DNA of 64,000 nucleotides from Andalucia godoyi And28 (Eukaryota; Protista; Jakobida): NCBI GenBank assembly GCA_009859145.1, contig VRVR01000052.1, positions 159,943 to 223,942 of the forward strand, read 5' to 3'. Shown piece by piece: positions 62,660 to 64,000 of this stretch (position 1 is its first letter; each line of letters starts with the position of its first letter). The notes under the pieces were generated by a model. It saw only the letters and a program-made list of their open reading frames with translations, ran no database searches and was not told where the DNA came from. The position numbers and the translations under genes were made by a program.

Positions 62660-63367
62660 CTTGTGCGTGAAACGGAAAGTCTTTGTCCAGGATTTCATCA
62701 ACTGGAATCCATGCTCATATCGACAATTCATCCTGAAAACAACTTCCCGCAGCAGCTCGTTTTCTTCTCAATGAGAATCTTGATCATGCGCTGCAACCAC
62801 TGCAGATCTTCCGGCTTTTTTCGCCGTGCACATGAGAAAGGAGGCTGCAGTCTTTGAACGAACGGGTTTCTTGTCTGCTTCTGTTGCCTCAAGATCCCCG
62901 CCTGCAGATTCAGACGGGTCAGCATTTTCCTGGGCCGCGCCTTTTTTGGGATTTTGGCTTCCACATCCTCCGGCGCAAGCGATCTTTCAGAGTCATCGTC
63001 GTCGTCATCATCGATTGACTGATTATCGACTTTCCGATCTTTCTCAGGTAACCAAGCTGCTTCGGGCTGCGCCTCGTCTTCTTTCGTTTCTGCTGCACGC
63101 CATCATCGTTGGAGCCCGGTGATAGGAGCACCCGATTTACGAGAACGCTTAAGCTTCTGGGAGTTCTTATTATCCCCAATGTCCAACTCGTCGATGTGGG
63201 ACAGATCGTTACGGGATTCCTTGAGGATCGCGTCCTTCGATGCGGAAACGCGCGACGGGGTTGTCTGGGAATTCATCAAAGATAAACTGAAAGTGGAACA
63301 GGAAGGAAAACAAGAGTGATAGTACCAGTGATAGTACCAGTGTCGATCGTCGACCGCTAGGTCGCTA
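62660..63367 (-). mobile_element. Second transposon-end relic with a decayed ORF
   Basis: ACCGCTAGGTCGCTA (63353-63367) resembles the end at 60205-60226. A stop-interrupted acidic/basic ORF runs leftward from about 63276. Confidence 0.4.
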
Positions 63368-64000
63368 GACTACGGTCGATTGACATAAAACATTTTGTCA
63401 ATCAGTTATTATACTCCACCACACTCTTTTCACTCCGTCAACACTAGATGCATTGCAGTTGCATGGCGTGCAGCGTCTTTCCATCCCACTGCATAAGTAA
63501 ACAATAAACACACACGTTCATTCATGCTGAATTGATTCATTCACGTACTGCAGCCCATCCAACCACTGTAGTGGACACCCGACGCAGACACACCGACTCC
63601 GTGCCGATCGGCACACAGAAATCGACCGACTGCTTGGCAGACTGCCATAGTCCAGGGTGCCGGTCGGTACATTCATTTTTCTGGCCCTCCTTCTCCTCTC
63701 GCATCTCACTCTCTCCCAACGACCATGAAAACCCGCGTCATGCGCTTGTCTTCTTCCACGTCTGCTGGCTTAGCATAAAATCACTTTATTCGCATCTCAT
63801 TCTCCCTTCCTCTTTCATATTCCCAGAAACCATTAGCTCCCATACATTCCAGCCACAAATACAAATACGGAAAATGGTCCACAGCACTTTTTCTGAGATA
63901 ATGCTGGGGACTGGTAGAGTCGCGGACGGCGAGCAATCTGGCAAAAGAAATTCTCTTGGGGACGACGCCGTTCAGGAGTTATATGTAAAATATTAATTAC

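Noticed and set aside
63885-64000. ORF start at the window edge (MVHSTFSEIMLG...)
   Set aside because: Truncated by the window; too short to assign.

Overview
Gene-dense, intron-poor eukaryotic window using the standard code, with short GT-AG introns and microsatellite-rich spacers. It looks like a compact free-living flagellate protist genome; a jakobid/Discoba-like origin is only my guess. About 35 host genes are present. Recognisable ones include a CHASE adenylate cyclase, ADP-ribosylglycohydrolase, an H3 variant, a divergent kinesin, TRPC4AP, CNOT11, SmD2, RPL38, SURF1, MIC10, TAF9, a LAMTOR1-like gene, UNG, COQ7, PC4, a ZIP transporter, PKA-R, AMMECR1, DAD1 and ENY2. The main hidden signal, absent from the ORF track, is a family of decayed Fanzor/TnpB (OMEGA RNA-guided nuclease) elements in the spacers. 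There are five clear relics (32.0-32.5, 43.2-43.5, 51.6-52.0, 54.2-54.6, 54.6-55.0 kb), a moderately supported one (57.0-57.4 kb) and three weak ones. Two are MITE-like copies with an identical internal deletion that keep both ends and a putative omegaRNA closing stem (GCCUAY...GUAGGC). Both abut the same unidentified repeat, and an element-free copy of that repeat lies at 30.1-30.4 kb. The right third also holds defence-like genes (a helical-domain + PNP/ATP-nucleosidase-type effector, and a P-loop NTPase + PD-(D/E)xK nuclease ending in a CaaX box) plus an internally deleted hAT transposon. Other oddities are a polyQ protein carrying a catalytically dead methylglyoxal-synthase domain, an H3.3-like histone with an enlarged loop 1, and a spliced, secreted bacterial-type NlpC/P60-like amidase. 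All calls are by eye; no searches were run.
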